Source of the DNA: Candidatus Altimarinota bacterium
Lineage (GTDB): Bacteria > Patescibacteriota > Gracilibacteria > UBA1369
Assembly (NCBI GenBank): GCA_041659405.1
Contig: JBAZYK010000008.1
Coordinates: 1-32,000, forward strand
DNA length: 32,000 bases
Reading direction: 5' to 3'
In this document: positions 1-8,742 of the stretch, one piece after another
How the letters are laid out: every line of letters starts with the position of its first letter
How positions within the stretch are numbered: position 1 is the first letter of the stretch
The notes under the pieces: generated by a model
Told to the model about the DNA's origin: nothing
The model's database searches: none
The model's input: the letters and a program-made list of their open reading frames with translations, nothing else
Translations under genes and position numbers: made by a program

Positions 1-50
1 TCTTTCAACCCATCAGGCAAAAGATCCCATAACAAGTCATGTTCCAACAT
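1..50 (-). CDS. Possible 5' fragment of a CDS cut by the left edge (MLEHDLLWDLLPDGLK...); possible transposase-family N-terminus
   Basis: Reading the minus strand from the ATG at 50-48 gives an open frame to the edge. 'LLPDGL' is reminiscent of N-termini of some IS accessory/transposase ORFs. Only 16 codons are visible. Confidence 0.2.
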   Translation of the reverse strand, partial: MLEHDLLWDLLPDGLK

Positions 51-220
51 AGCAATTTCGTTAAATGATAATTGCTATCATTAAAACTTGATTGCGTAAC
101 TTTTTCAAACTAATTATCTACTGATCCCAAGAACAAGCCAAATTCAGATCATTGACGCCTTCCCGGTCCAGAATTTTGAGTCACGCAATATAAATTGAGT
201 TTTTGCAAATGTGCCCTTGC

Positions 221-2695
221 TTAGTCCTTTTTTTCGGGAGCAAATTCATTCTCTAACTTCTTCCCATACCATTCCACAAATTTATTCGGAGGATCGAATG
301 AAACAAATTCAGGCCAACTTTTAACTTCATTTTGAGCTTTGGTATCCCCCAAAATTGCCAAACGGACTTTATATCCATAATCATTCAAGATTTTATCTTT
401 CAAAACTTTCCGCTCACCTTTGTTGCCTTTTGCCTTGTTGCTTGCGTATTCTTCCAGATCTTCAATACGGCCTTTTAAGCCATTTAAAGTCGGTAATTTA
501 GCATAAAGTTCTTTCTTGAAACCGGGAACAAATTTCTCCACATCTTCAAAATCACCATTATCTACACCAATTGCAAACGGACGTTGCTTTGCTGATTCAC
601 GCAGCAAGTGAGTGCCATTTTTATCAACGGCAGTTCGATATTTGTTAGTCAAATATTCACAGATTTTATTGATAGATCCGGTATCGTTTCCATCAACAAA
701 AAATTTCAATCTGAACATTTCTTTTTGAGTATCGTTCATTGCAGCATAATCAATCTTGTCATTTTGACCAAACAGGTCTGCACCTTCACCAATTTTCTTG
801 TCCTTTTCGTCATCTTTGCCAACTGTAGAATTAAGTTTTGCAAGTTTGAACTCGGTAGTGCCCGGAAGTGGCATGCTCACTAAAGCAGTTGCAATGTCCT
901 CGCGGTAAAAACTTTTTCCTTTTTGCATCGCAAAAGTTGTAATATTTTGTAGAGCCAGTTGGGCATCATCATAATTTACATCACCGGGTTTGTAATTGGT
1001 CTTTAAATAATCTTTCAAAAATTCCTGCGCATTCGTTAACGCACCGTCGATTCCGGCCTGGAAAGCTTCATCTCCGGGAACCATGCCGGTTTTATTTTCA
1101 GCAACCAAATAAATTTTCTGCTTTCCGCCCACCGCTTCATCAACAAAATATTTAACATTATTTTTTTTGTAATGTACAGGATCTTTATCCGCTTCATGAA
1201 AAGCCTTAATAAACCCGGGAGCTTCATCTTTAGTTGTTCCACGCACATACTGATCAAACTGTTCAGTGGTAATCATCTTTTGTTCCAATTTTTCCTCTAC
1301 ATATTTTTTAAAATCGGCTTCAGTTGGTTCTTTACCTTTATTATTACCATTCCACCAACCCGTAAAAAAGTCCGAGGTTGCCTTCCAGCCCTGTTTTGCG
1401 TACTCTTTTCCGCCTCTCCAGCCTTTGCCGGCATACTCTTTTCCGGTTGCCCATGCGGCTCCTGCGCCCATTACAGCACTATTGTAACCTCTTTCAGCCA
1501 ATCCCTGAACACTATCCGCCATTTGACTCAAGGTACTACCGGGCAGATCAAGCTGTTTGTCTTCAACCAATTCGTTGGTTACAACTTCGGTCCATTTTGC
1601 CGGAGGATTCCAGTTTTTATATTTATCTCTCAAGTTCACAACGTGACCATCAACCGAGCGACCATCATATTTACTAAAGAAAACATCCAATGCTATAAAG
1701 ATTTGTTCCGGCTTCATGTCGCTCTTACTTACCGATCCCATGTCGATGGAAGTTTTTCCATGAGCTTTGGCGTCCTTGTATTTTTCAGCCAAATAATCAA
1801 AAGGCTTATCACCAAGATAGACCGTACTGTCCCTTAAAATCATGGCCTTTTCTGTGCTGGTTTTAAAAGCTTTGGTCCAAAATTCAGGTAGAGCGGTTTT
1901 TTTTGTGACGGCCTTGTTTAAAGCATCAAGCGGACCTTCGCCTGTGGCCAATTTGAAAATTTTACTACCAACATAAATGCCTCCACCAAGTTTTAATATG
2001 CCAAAAAGTGATTCCTTGATTTTTTTGACATTTTCGTCATCAGACTGCAAGAACATTGCTGTCGCAAGCAAAAGGCCACCAACCACCACAAACTTTTCGG
2101 TTCCGTCCATTTTTCTAAAATTTGTTTGCAGATTTTTGTATAGACCGGCCATGTCTTCGGTCAGTGTTGTGCCAACTTCGGTCTTTTGTTCCTGCAGAAT
2201 TTGAGCCATAGCATCCTGGCCTTTTAAATAACGATCAAGATATCTGCGATGAAAATCATATTTATCAAATGCCTGGCTCATCTTTGTTCTTAGGCTTTCA
2301 GCTTGTGTGCCCGTGATTTTTTTATCATCAAGCACTTTATCCAGATCGGAGTCAAAAACAGCTCTATCTTGTACATTAAACAATTTTGGCATCTGCCATT
2401 CTTTAATTTTAGTTTCAGCTTCCTGCATAACAGCTAAATCCGGGCCAGCAGGTTCGTATTTTTGTACATATTCAATTGCCGTGGAAAGATCAAAAGATGG
2501 CTTATCCGCACTATTATCAAAAAAGTTTTCTTTGTTGATGCCTTTCTGCTGCAAAAAGCTTTCCGCTTCACGGAATTTTGAGCTTACTTTTCCTTCCGGT
2601 TTGGCAGCTTGTTCAGGCAATTTCCCCGCTTGTTCTGGAGGAGTTACCACATCAACCGGTCGCACAATTTCTGGATTTGGATTTGTCTCACCCAT
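221..2695 (-). CDS. Hypothetical 824-aa protein with Pro-rich N-terminus and predicted hydrophobic helices (KFVVVGGLLLATAMFL; LFGILKLGGGIYVGSKIF)
   Basis: Long uninterrupted ORF with a TGCTATAAT promoter motif just upstream. No family recognised. Confidence 0.85.
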   Translation of the reverse strand: MGETNPNPEIVRPVDVVTPPEQAGKLPEQAAKPEGKVSSKFREAESFLQQKGINKENFFDNSADKPSFDLSTAIEYVQKYEPAGPDLAVMQEAETKIKEWQMPKLFNVQDRAVFDSDLDKVLDDKKITGTQAESLRTKMSQAFDKYDFHRRYLDRYLKGQDAMAQILQEQKTEVGTTLTEDMAGLYKNLQTNFRKMDGTEKFVVVGGLLLATAMFLQSDDENVKKIKESLFGILKLGGGIYVGSKIFKLATGEGPLDALNKAVTKKTALPEFWTKAFKTSTEKAMILRDSTVYLGDKPFDYLAEKYKDAKAHGKTSIDMGSVSKSDMKPEQIFIALDVFFSKYDGRSVDGHVVNLRDKYKNWNPPAKWTEVVTNELVEDKQLDLPGSTLSQMADSVQGLAERGYNSAVMGAGAAWATGKEYAGKGWRGGKEYAKQGWKATSDFFTGWWNGNNKGKEPTEADFKKYVEEKLEQKMITTEQFDQYVRGTTKDEAPGFIKAFHEADKDPVHYKKNNVKYFVDEAVGGKQKIYLVAENKTGMVPGDEAFQAGIDGALTNAQEFLKDYLKTNYKPGDVNYDDAQLALQNITTFAMQKGKSFYREDIATALVSMPLPGTTEFKLAKLNSTVGKDDEKDKKIGEGADLFGQNDKIDYAAMNDTQKEMFRLKFFVDGNDTGSINKICEYLTNKYRTAVDKNGTHLLRESAKQRPFAIGVDNGDFEDVEKFVPGFKKELYAKLPTLNGLKGRIEDLEEYASNKAKGNKGERKVLKDKILNDYGYKVRLAILGDTKAQNEVKSWPEFVSFDPPNKFVEWYGKKLENEFAPEKKD

Positions 2696-2718
2696 ATCAA
2701 ATTAAAATAAATCTTTAT

Positions 2719-2732
2719 ATTATAGCAAAAAA
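2719..2732 (-). promoter_or_regulatory. Extended -10 promoter (TTTTTTGCTATAAT on the minus strand) upstream of the 824-aa gene
   Basis: TGC-TATAAT about 24 nt upstream of the start at 2695. The same 14-mer precedes the 951-aa gene. Confidence 0.6.
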
Positions 2733-2824
2733 CGCCCTTTTCAGCAATGCACCAGCCACAAAACCGCACTAAAAAACTTGCAAGAATGCAAAAGTATGGC
2801 AAATAGGGCGAAAAGGACAGAAAA

Positions 2825-3247
2825 TTACTTCCCCGAAGCCAATTTCTTACGAAGAACCTCAATATCCTGCTCGTTTTGGGAGGTGCGGGAGGATTTAAGG
2901 TCGGTCATAAATTCATCTTCGGCCTGACCAAGCTCTTTTTTCATATTTTTAAGATCATCCTGATCAAGTTCTTTTTGTTTTTGAACGGCATTTTCCAACA
3001 GGGGAACCGCCTTTTTTTGTGATTCCGCAAGTTCGGCCTTTTTAGAAGCCAAATCTGCCTCATTAACTTTTACGGCAAACTCCAGTTTTTCCGCATGATC
3101 ATTAAGTTCCTGCACAAAAGCTGCTGCAGCCACTTGATCAAAATCACTATTTTGAAGCCGCCCAGCCCAATAATTTTTGCGCTCTTCCGAAAGCCCGCAA
3201 TCATCAAGCATCTCTGTAAAACTTTGAATTTGTTGAGGAGTAATCAT
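2825..3247 (-). CDS. Hypothetical 140-aa coiled-coil protein
   Basis: Intact ORF, Lys/Glu/Ala-rich with heptad-like composition, co-directional with its neighbours. Confidence 0.75.
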   Translation of the reverse strand: MITPQQIQSFTEMLDDCGLSEERKNYWAGRLQNSDFDQVAAAAFVQELNDHAEKLEFAVKVNEADLASKKAELAESQKKAVPLLENAVQKQKELDQDDLKNMKKELGQAEDEFMTDLKSSRTSQNEQDIEVLRKKLASGK

Positions 3248-3314
3248 AAGGAAAATTTATTTAATTCTATTTAAAATGTTGGTTAACGCACTTTTTGCGG
3301 CTTTCCCCCTGCCT

Positions 3315-5333
3315 TTAAGATTTTTTGGTTGTAGGTTCAGACGATTGCGCCTTTGCCTCAGGTGCAGCCGATTGTACAGGCGCGGGTTTTGATGCAGTGG
3401 GCGGTTTGCTTAATTCATCCTTGGTAATAGCTATTCTTTCGTCAGTGGTTTTCCCAGCAGTAGCGGCATCAGCAAGTGGCGCGGGCGCAGGAGTTGGCGC
3501 AGATGTTGCGGCACTCGAATCAGGCACTGCGGCCGGAGTTGGAGTCGCAGGCTGTTTTGGTGCGCCAAACGACGCAATAAAATCCTTCGACAGTTTAAAA
3601 GAAGCTGGAGCCTGTGGAACATAATTTAGACCATCAGCAATTTTCACAGGTACTGGAACAGATTCTTTAGCAACTGTCGGAGTATCAAATAAATCAGGCA
3701 CCGTTGGTGCCGGAGCCTCAACCACAACAGGCTCGGTGATAACTGCCGGAGAAGTATCTATCAGCCGTTTAAGATAATCAAAATGAGTAATCAGATTCAT
3801 ACCTTTCATTCCAAGTCCTTGTAAACGAGCGGCGGGGGAGTCATCTTTTTTTGCTGCAGATTGCTGAGAAATATTCATTAAATCTTCAAAATATTTATTT
3901 AATTCATCTACACTTCCACCTTTACCTTTTTGCATATATTTTTCAACTTCCTTAACTACTTTTAAAATATTATCAGGATTTATTGGTGTAACAAAGAAAT
4001 CCTCATTGAGTGCTCCCTTTTTTCCATCCAATTTTCCCGTAAACAAAAACTTCAAAACAATAACATCGGGATCATCTTTTGGAAGATCCACATTTGGGTC
4101 TTTGCGTAGCCAATTTAAAAATTCCGTATTATTATTTCTTAATTTCATAATAAGGCCCTCCACTTCTCCACTTAGTGGATCAGTTCCAAAAAATTCTTTC
4201 CAGCGTTTTGCAACAGCAAACTTTTCCGCCGCGATTTCTTTTTTATCTACAGGAACAGTATATGCAGTTTTATCCTCTATGGTTTTGTATTGATTAGCTT
4301 CACTTGGCATGACCTGCATAACGCCTGGCTTAATACCCAAAACCTGGTTTAAATAATATTCCATGTAAATAATGCCATTTTTTTCGCCAAATTTTCTAAC
4401 TCTTTCCCTCAGCGCTTTAATATCCTTGTCATATTCTTCCGGATCCATTTCCGCTTTATTTGCTAACAACAAACCAATTTCCGATTCGGGATCTTCTTTT
4501 GAGCCAAAATTTGCTTTGAAAATTCCCAAACCGCGGTCTTGTAGCGTTGTTATTTCTTCCATGGCCATTTTCAGCTCTGACTTTTTTCCCTCATTTTTTT
4601 TCTGAGCTTTTGCCAGTGCTTTTACAGTATTCTTTTCATCATAATGTTTTCCGGCTTCCTGTTTTAATGATCGTGCCGCAACCCTTACCCATTCACCGGA
4701 AGTAAACCAATTACCTTGTGAATCCTGGATAAATCCAGCCATATCTTTAGCCAGTTTTCTGGTATTTTTCTGACTTACTTTTAGTAATTTAATGCGAAGT
4801 TCATACTTTCTGATTTCAGCCTCTTTTTCTTCAACCTGTTTCATTAATTCATCCAATTCTTGGACATCTAAGCGCTTATTACGCCATAAAAGTCGGTTTT
4901 TAACGGTAACTTTGGTTTTTTTGTGTAAACCCGCAGGCGCATGGCTAAGACGTTTTTTCTTTTCGTCATCTTCCATTTCATCAGGATCCTTTTCATCATC
5001 GCCAACGGTACCATATTGCCCATTGTCGTTTGCCGGACGATATTTTTTATCAATCAAAATAACTCTACCCTTATATTGCTTTATGGCTTCACTATCACGC
5101 TTGGAACGAGCTTTTGCTTCAAGATCAACTACTTTAGCCATCACCCTGTCGTAGATTTTTCCTGAAGCTGCGCCATAACTTTCAGCTTCGTTTTGGGCAT
5201 CTTCAATAAGCTCATTAAACCGCTCACTGTTATCGTGAGCTTTTACAGCCTTTTTGGCCGTTACTTCAACGAGTTCATTTAGGTATGCCTCTTCGTGATT
5301 AGGGGCGTTTTGTGCCACTGATTCGTGTTTCAT
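3315..5333 (-). CDS. Hypothetical 672-aa highly charged coiled-coil protein with Pro/Ala-rich C-terminal tail
   Basis: Long intact ORF; N-terminal charged helical segments and C-terminal PAP/TPAPAP low complexity. Confidence 0.8.
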   Translation of the reverse strand: MKHESVAQNAPNHEEAYLNELVEVTAKKAVKAHDNSERFNELIEDAQNEAESYGAASGKIYDRVMAKVVDLEAKARSKRDSEAIKQYKGRVILIDKKYRPANDNGQYGTVGDDEKDPDEMEDDEKKKRLSHAPAGLHKKTKVTVKNRLLWRNKRLDVQELDELMKQVEEKEAEIRKYELRIKLLKVSQKNTRKLAKDMAGFIQDSQGNWFTSGEWVRVAARSLKQEAGKHYDEKNTVKALAKAQKKNEGKKSELKMAMEEITTLQDRGLGIFKANFGSKEDPESEIGLLLANKAEMDPEEYDKDIKALRERVRKFGEKNGIIYMEYYLNQVLGIKPGVMQVMPSEANQYKTIEDKTAYTVPVDKKEIAAEKFAVAKRWKEFFGTDPLSGEVEGLIMKLRNNNTEFLNWLRKDPNVDLPKDDPDVIVLKFLFTGKLDGKKGALNEDFFVTPINPDNILKVVKEVEKYMQKGKGGSVDELNKYFEDLMNISQQSAAKKDDSPAARLQGLGMKGMNLITHFDYLKRLIDTSPAVITEPVVVEAPAPTVPDLFDTPTVAKESVPVPVKIADGLNYVPQAPASFKLSKDFIASFGAPKQPATPTPAAVPDSSAATSAPTPAPAPLADAATAGKTTDERIAITKDELSKPPTASKPAPVQSAAPEAKAQSSEPTTKKS

Positions 5334-5364
5334 ATATTTTTGTTTTAATTTTTATATTTGAGAT

Positions 5365-5724
5365 TTAGTTTTTCTTCGCCCTTTCCATGGCCTTGGCGAT
5401 TTCGCTGGAGTCGTAGGTCAATTCCTGGTAGAGGTCATCAAGTGATTTTTCAAGATGTGCCTCCATTTGTGGAACTCCTGCCGCCACTGTCATCAAAGCT
5501 TCAAAATCTTCCATTTTTGGATTTTTCTGGAGCAGATCGGCAACTTCGGCAACCTCTTTATCGCTAAAGTAGCTGGTTACAGTCGCAATAATGCGATTGG
5601 TGGTCCTTACCGCAATTGCTTCTTCCAGTTCTTCCAAAATTTCTGGAGTGGCATCGGTAAGTTTGCAGCCGGCAATAACTTTTTTTACGTATTGCACCAG
5701 GTCGAAGTTTTCAATTTTAGACAT
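5365..5724 (-). CDS. Hypothetical small helical protein, 119 aa
   Basis: Intact ORF co-directional with the cluster. Short helical segments (EILEELEEAIAVRTTNRIIATV). No family assigned. Confidence 0.75.
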   Translation of the reverse strand: MSKIENFDLVQYVKKVIAGCKLTDATPEILEELEEAIAVRTTNRIIATVTSYFSDKEVAEVADLLQKNPKMEDFEALMTVAAGVPQMEAHLEKSLDDLYQELTYDSSEIAKAMERAKKN

Positions 5725-5760
5725 AAATTTTTATTAAAATTTTTATAAATAAGAAATATT

Positions 5761-8616
5761 TTAATGACTTTCCGGTGGCTTGTGCTCGTCCGGCTTAGGG
5801 GATTCAGCTCCACCATGCGCGGGCAACTCCTTGGCCTTTTTGCTGCCCTTTAAACCTTTTACAAAATTAATACCAGCTTTCCCCATGTCATATATTTCTT
5901 TTGCCGCTAATGCTTTTCCAAATAATTTCCAGGCATTTGTTAAAGTCTTAGTAGCAAAATGATGGAGCAGCGCTTCGCCACTTAAACCATGAGCTTTTGC
6001 TTCTTCATATTCTTTAATAATTGTGGCTTTTTGTTCAGCCTCAAGCACATGCGGAGAAAGCGTCCTCAATTTCTTATATAAATTCTTTTCGATATCCCCA
6101 CTCTGTTTTTGTTCAAGCTCAACTTGCGTCTTTACATGCTCCAGCATACGCACGGAAATCTCCTTTTTCTTATCATCTTCATTTTCCGGATGTTCCGCTT
6201 TGTAAATGCTTTGGCGCGTAATAAGTTCAGCTTCGGCAATGCGAACGTTATTGATAAGGACTTCAATATCCCAATCAAAATCATAAATTTCCACAGTTCT
6301 AGAGTGTCCATGCCCTTCATCGATCTTTTTATATCTAAAGATGCTTTCAAGACCTTGAGCAAATTCACGCAGTTTTTCCGCATCCATTGGGTGCTCGTTT
6401 AAAATATTGCGAATATCCGCAACAGTTGAGTGTTTTGTAAGATGTCTAAAATGGATAAGGTCGTCCTGGGCAATCGTTTCAATGGCATCCTGAGCCGTAT
6501 AGACGTTGGAGCTAAAGCGATTTTTTTGGATAAATTGCGTTTTGCGGCGCAACCAGCCTCTAAAGCCACCCATATTAGCCTCGGCCAGTTCATTATTGGC
6601 CGCCCCATGAACCCCGGCAGAACGCGCATCCGCAACCGCCAAATTGGCAGCAATATTTGCATATCGATCATTCATTTCCGGATTGGTAACACCCCTTGCC
6701 TCAAAATCCTGTTTCTTCAACAAGAACAAAAGCTGACGCGGCGTAGCCTTGCTCTTTGGATTGAGGTATTCCTTGTGTGTTTTGATTTCTTTTTTGAGCC
6801 TTGCTTGAAAATCTTCGGTAAATTTTTCACTGAAGAATTTAAAAAATCCAGAATCTGGTTGTGAGGAAACAACAGGTGCCGCAGTAGCTCCAGCTGCAGC
6901 AGGAACGATTGGAGGAAATAATTCAACACTTGTTGTTAGATTTGATGTTGATATTGCTATTAACTGATTCAGTCGTGGATCTATTTTGCTCGGTTCGTAA
7001 TCCACTGGAGGAGTTTTCGTCTTATCTTCTTGAATATCCTTATCAATTTTTGTTGTGCATGACTCACTATCAAAAACAGATGTAATTATTCCCGCTGCAC
7101 GTTTGAATTTACCCTCAAGCGCATTTACTTTTTTCAAAAGCTCTGATTTTTTTTCTCTTGCTGCCTTTAGGTTAGTCTCAGCATTTAAGAGGTTTTTTGC
7201 AACATCTGCCGCCGTTTGTCGTGCATTTGCCTGCATCTGCGCTGTGACTGGCCCCCCAGCGACTGCTGGTGTTGGTTTTGTTCTAGCTGAATTATAAGTT
7301 TCTTCAGCAGTTGCAAAGTTTTCATTTACCATTGAAGCTTCACCATAAGCCCCGATCAACTCTTGCAAATCTTTCTCATCAAAAAGAACCTTTTCCTGTT
7401 CTTCGATTTGCTCTTTTAGCTTAATCGATTCCGGCGTTTCTTTTCCTTCTTCAGTAGGTTTCTTTTCCTTGCTCGAAGGCAAGGCTCCATAAATTTTATT
7501 AAGTTTTTTTAGTAATTCAGCAGCACCCTTGGTTTTATAAATGTGTTCAAGTTCTAAAAGGAGTGCAGCATTATCAGCATTTTTAATGTTATACAAAGTT
7601 TCACCATTTGGAGTCTTATCTTTAAAAATTCTCTCAAATAGAACTGTATATGCTTCTTTTTCATCTGAACCATCGGCCCCATCTTTCAAAACATCCCTGA
7701 ATTTTTTGAGTTTATCGGGATCATGCCTGTCTTTACTAAACATTTTCGCTCTTTCCTCTGTTTCGATTTTGCGTAAAGCTACAAATTTATCGAAAACGTA
7801 TCTAAGGTCCGAATTTTTTGGGCCAAAGATAAAGAAAGTATCTCCACCCAGGTTGTAAGTCGTTTCTGAAATTTTTTTCAGCTGTGTATAAGTTAGACCC
7901 TTTAAAGAAACTAACAATTTACCAATATCAGATACAGGCGCAATACCAACCACTGCCAACATACTATTGACCGTCGTAGAAGCATTATCTAAAACATGTT
8001 CTAGATGGCTGCTCATGGATTTCATTAAACTCTCCTTCATCGCATCCAGCCCTCGGTTATTGCCAAAGTCTTGTTCTATTCGGCTGTCTACCATGTCGCC
8101 CTCTATAAAAATATTGCTTTTAATCTCTGGTCTTCCTTTGTACCTGTTATAAATGTTTACAAAAAAATCAATAAGGCCTTTAGGTACAATCTTGCTTTTT
8201 CCCTTTACAATCGCATGTCCGGCTTTGGTAGTTTTTTCCATAACCAAGCCTTTATCCCCAACTTCATGATGCATGCTTTTATGAACACTATGCTCAGAAA
8301 CCATTTTATCTCCGTGCTCAACAAAATCACGCAAACGTTTATGCATGCGGGCTTCCAAAATCTTGTCGCCAAAGTGGTGGCCAAGCGCGGCTGCAACATC
8401 GCCATGTACACCAAGTTGTGTATTGGTAACGTGCTTTTTGTCAGGTGAAGCATATAGCCGATCTATTCTTTCCTGACGCGCCAATTCAACTTCATGCAGC
8501 GCTTCATTCAGATGTTCATCATCCGGATTTGGTGGCGTGGATGAGCCATGGCTGAAAACCAATCTTTTAGGAATGGTGCATGACGATAGCGATTTATTTT
8601 TGCAGAAAAGTAGCAT
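5761..8616 (-). CDS. Hypothetical 951-aa large charged, mostly helical protein
   Basis: Long intact ORF preceded by an extended -10 motif; last 30 codons rich in K/P/H. Confidence 0.85.
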   Translation of the reverse strand: MLLFCKNKSLSSCTIPKRLVFSHGSSTPPNPDDEHLNEALHEVELARQERIDRLYASPDKKHVTNTQLGVHGDVAAALGHHFGDKILEARMHKRLRDFVEHGDKMVSEHSVHKSMHHEVGDKGLVMEKTTKAGHAIVKGKSKIVPKGLIDFFVNIYNRYKGRPEIKSNIFIEGDMVDSRIEQDFGNNRGLDAMKESLMKSMSSHLEHVLDNASTTVNSMLAVVGIAPVSDIGKLLVSLKGLTYTQLKKISETTYNLGGDTFFIFGPKNSDLRYVFDKFVALRKIETEERAKMFSKDRHDPDKLKKFRDVLKDGADGSDEKEAYTVLFERIFKDKTPNGETLYNIKNADNAALLLELEHIYKTKGAAELLKKLNKIYGALPSSKEKKPTEEGKETPESIKLKEQIEEQEKVLFDEKDLQELIGAYGEASMVNENFATAEETYNSARTKPTPAVAGGPVTAQMQANARQTAADVAKNLLNAETNLKAAREKKSELLKKVNALEGKFKRAAGIITSVFDSESCTTKIDKDIQEDKTKTPPVDYEPSKIDPRLNQLIAISTSNLTTSVELFPPIVPAAAGATAAPVVSSQPDSGFFKFFSEKFTEDFQARLKKEIKTHKEYLNPKSKATPRQLLFLLKKQDFEARGVTNPEMNDRYANIAANLAVADARSAGVHGAANNELAEANMGGFRGWLRRKTQFIQKNRFSSNVYTAQDAIETIAQDDLIHFRHLTKHSTVADIRNILNEHPMDAEKLREFAQGLESIFRYKKIDEGHGHSRTVEIYDFDWDIEVLINNVRIAEAELITRQSIYKAEHPENEDDKKKEISVRMLEHVKTQVELEQKQSGDIEKNLYKKLRTLSPHVLEAEQKATIIKEYEEAKAHGLSGEALLHHFATKTLTNAWKLFGKALAAKEIYDMGKAGINFVKGLKGSKKAKELPAHGGAESPKPDEHKPPESH

Positions 8617-8649
8617 TTTAGTGTTGGTTTTTGAGAAAAATATCTAACT

Positions 8650-8663
8650 ATTATAGCAAAAAA
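8650..8663 (-). promoter_or_regulatory. Extended -10 promoter (TTTTTTGCTATAAT on the minus strand) upstream of the 951-aa gene
   Basis: Identical 14-mer to the one at 2719-2732, about 34 nt upstream of the start. Confidence 0.6.
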
Positions 8664-8742
8664 GCCGTTAGTATGCCTCAAAACCATGTTGACGATACGC
8701 CACGATCATGATACATTCACCTCCAACATAATTTCTACAACA

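Noticed and set aside
1172-1837. 221-aa plus-strand ORF
   Set aside because: Antisense to the 824-aa gene; Pro/Phe/Ser-rich random-translation character and no start context. Treated as shadow ORF.
5455-8448. Multiple 60-144 aa plus-strand ORFs opposite the 951-aa and 119-aa genes
   Set aside because: Nested inside a coherent long minus-strand frame; composition typical of antisense shadow translation.
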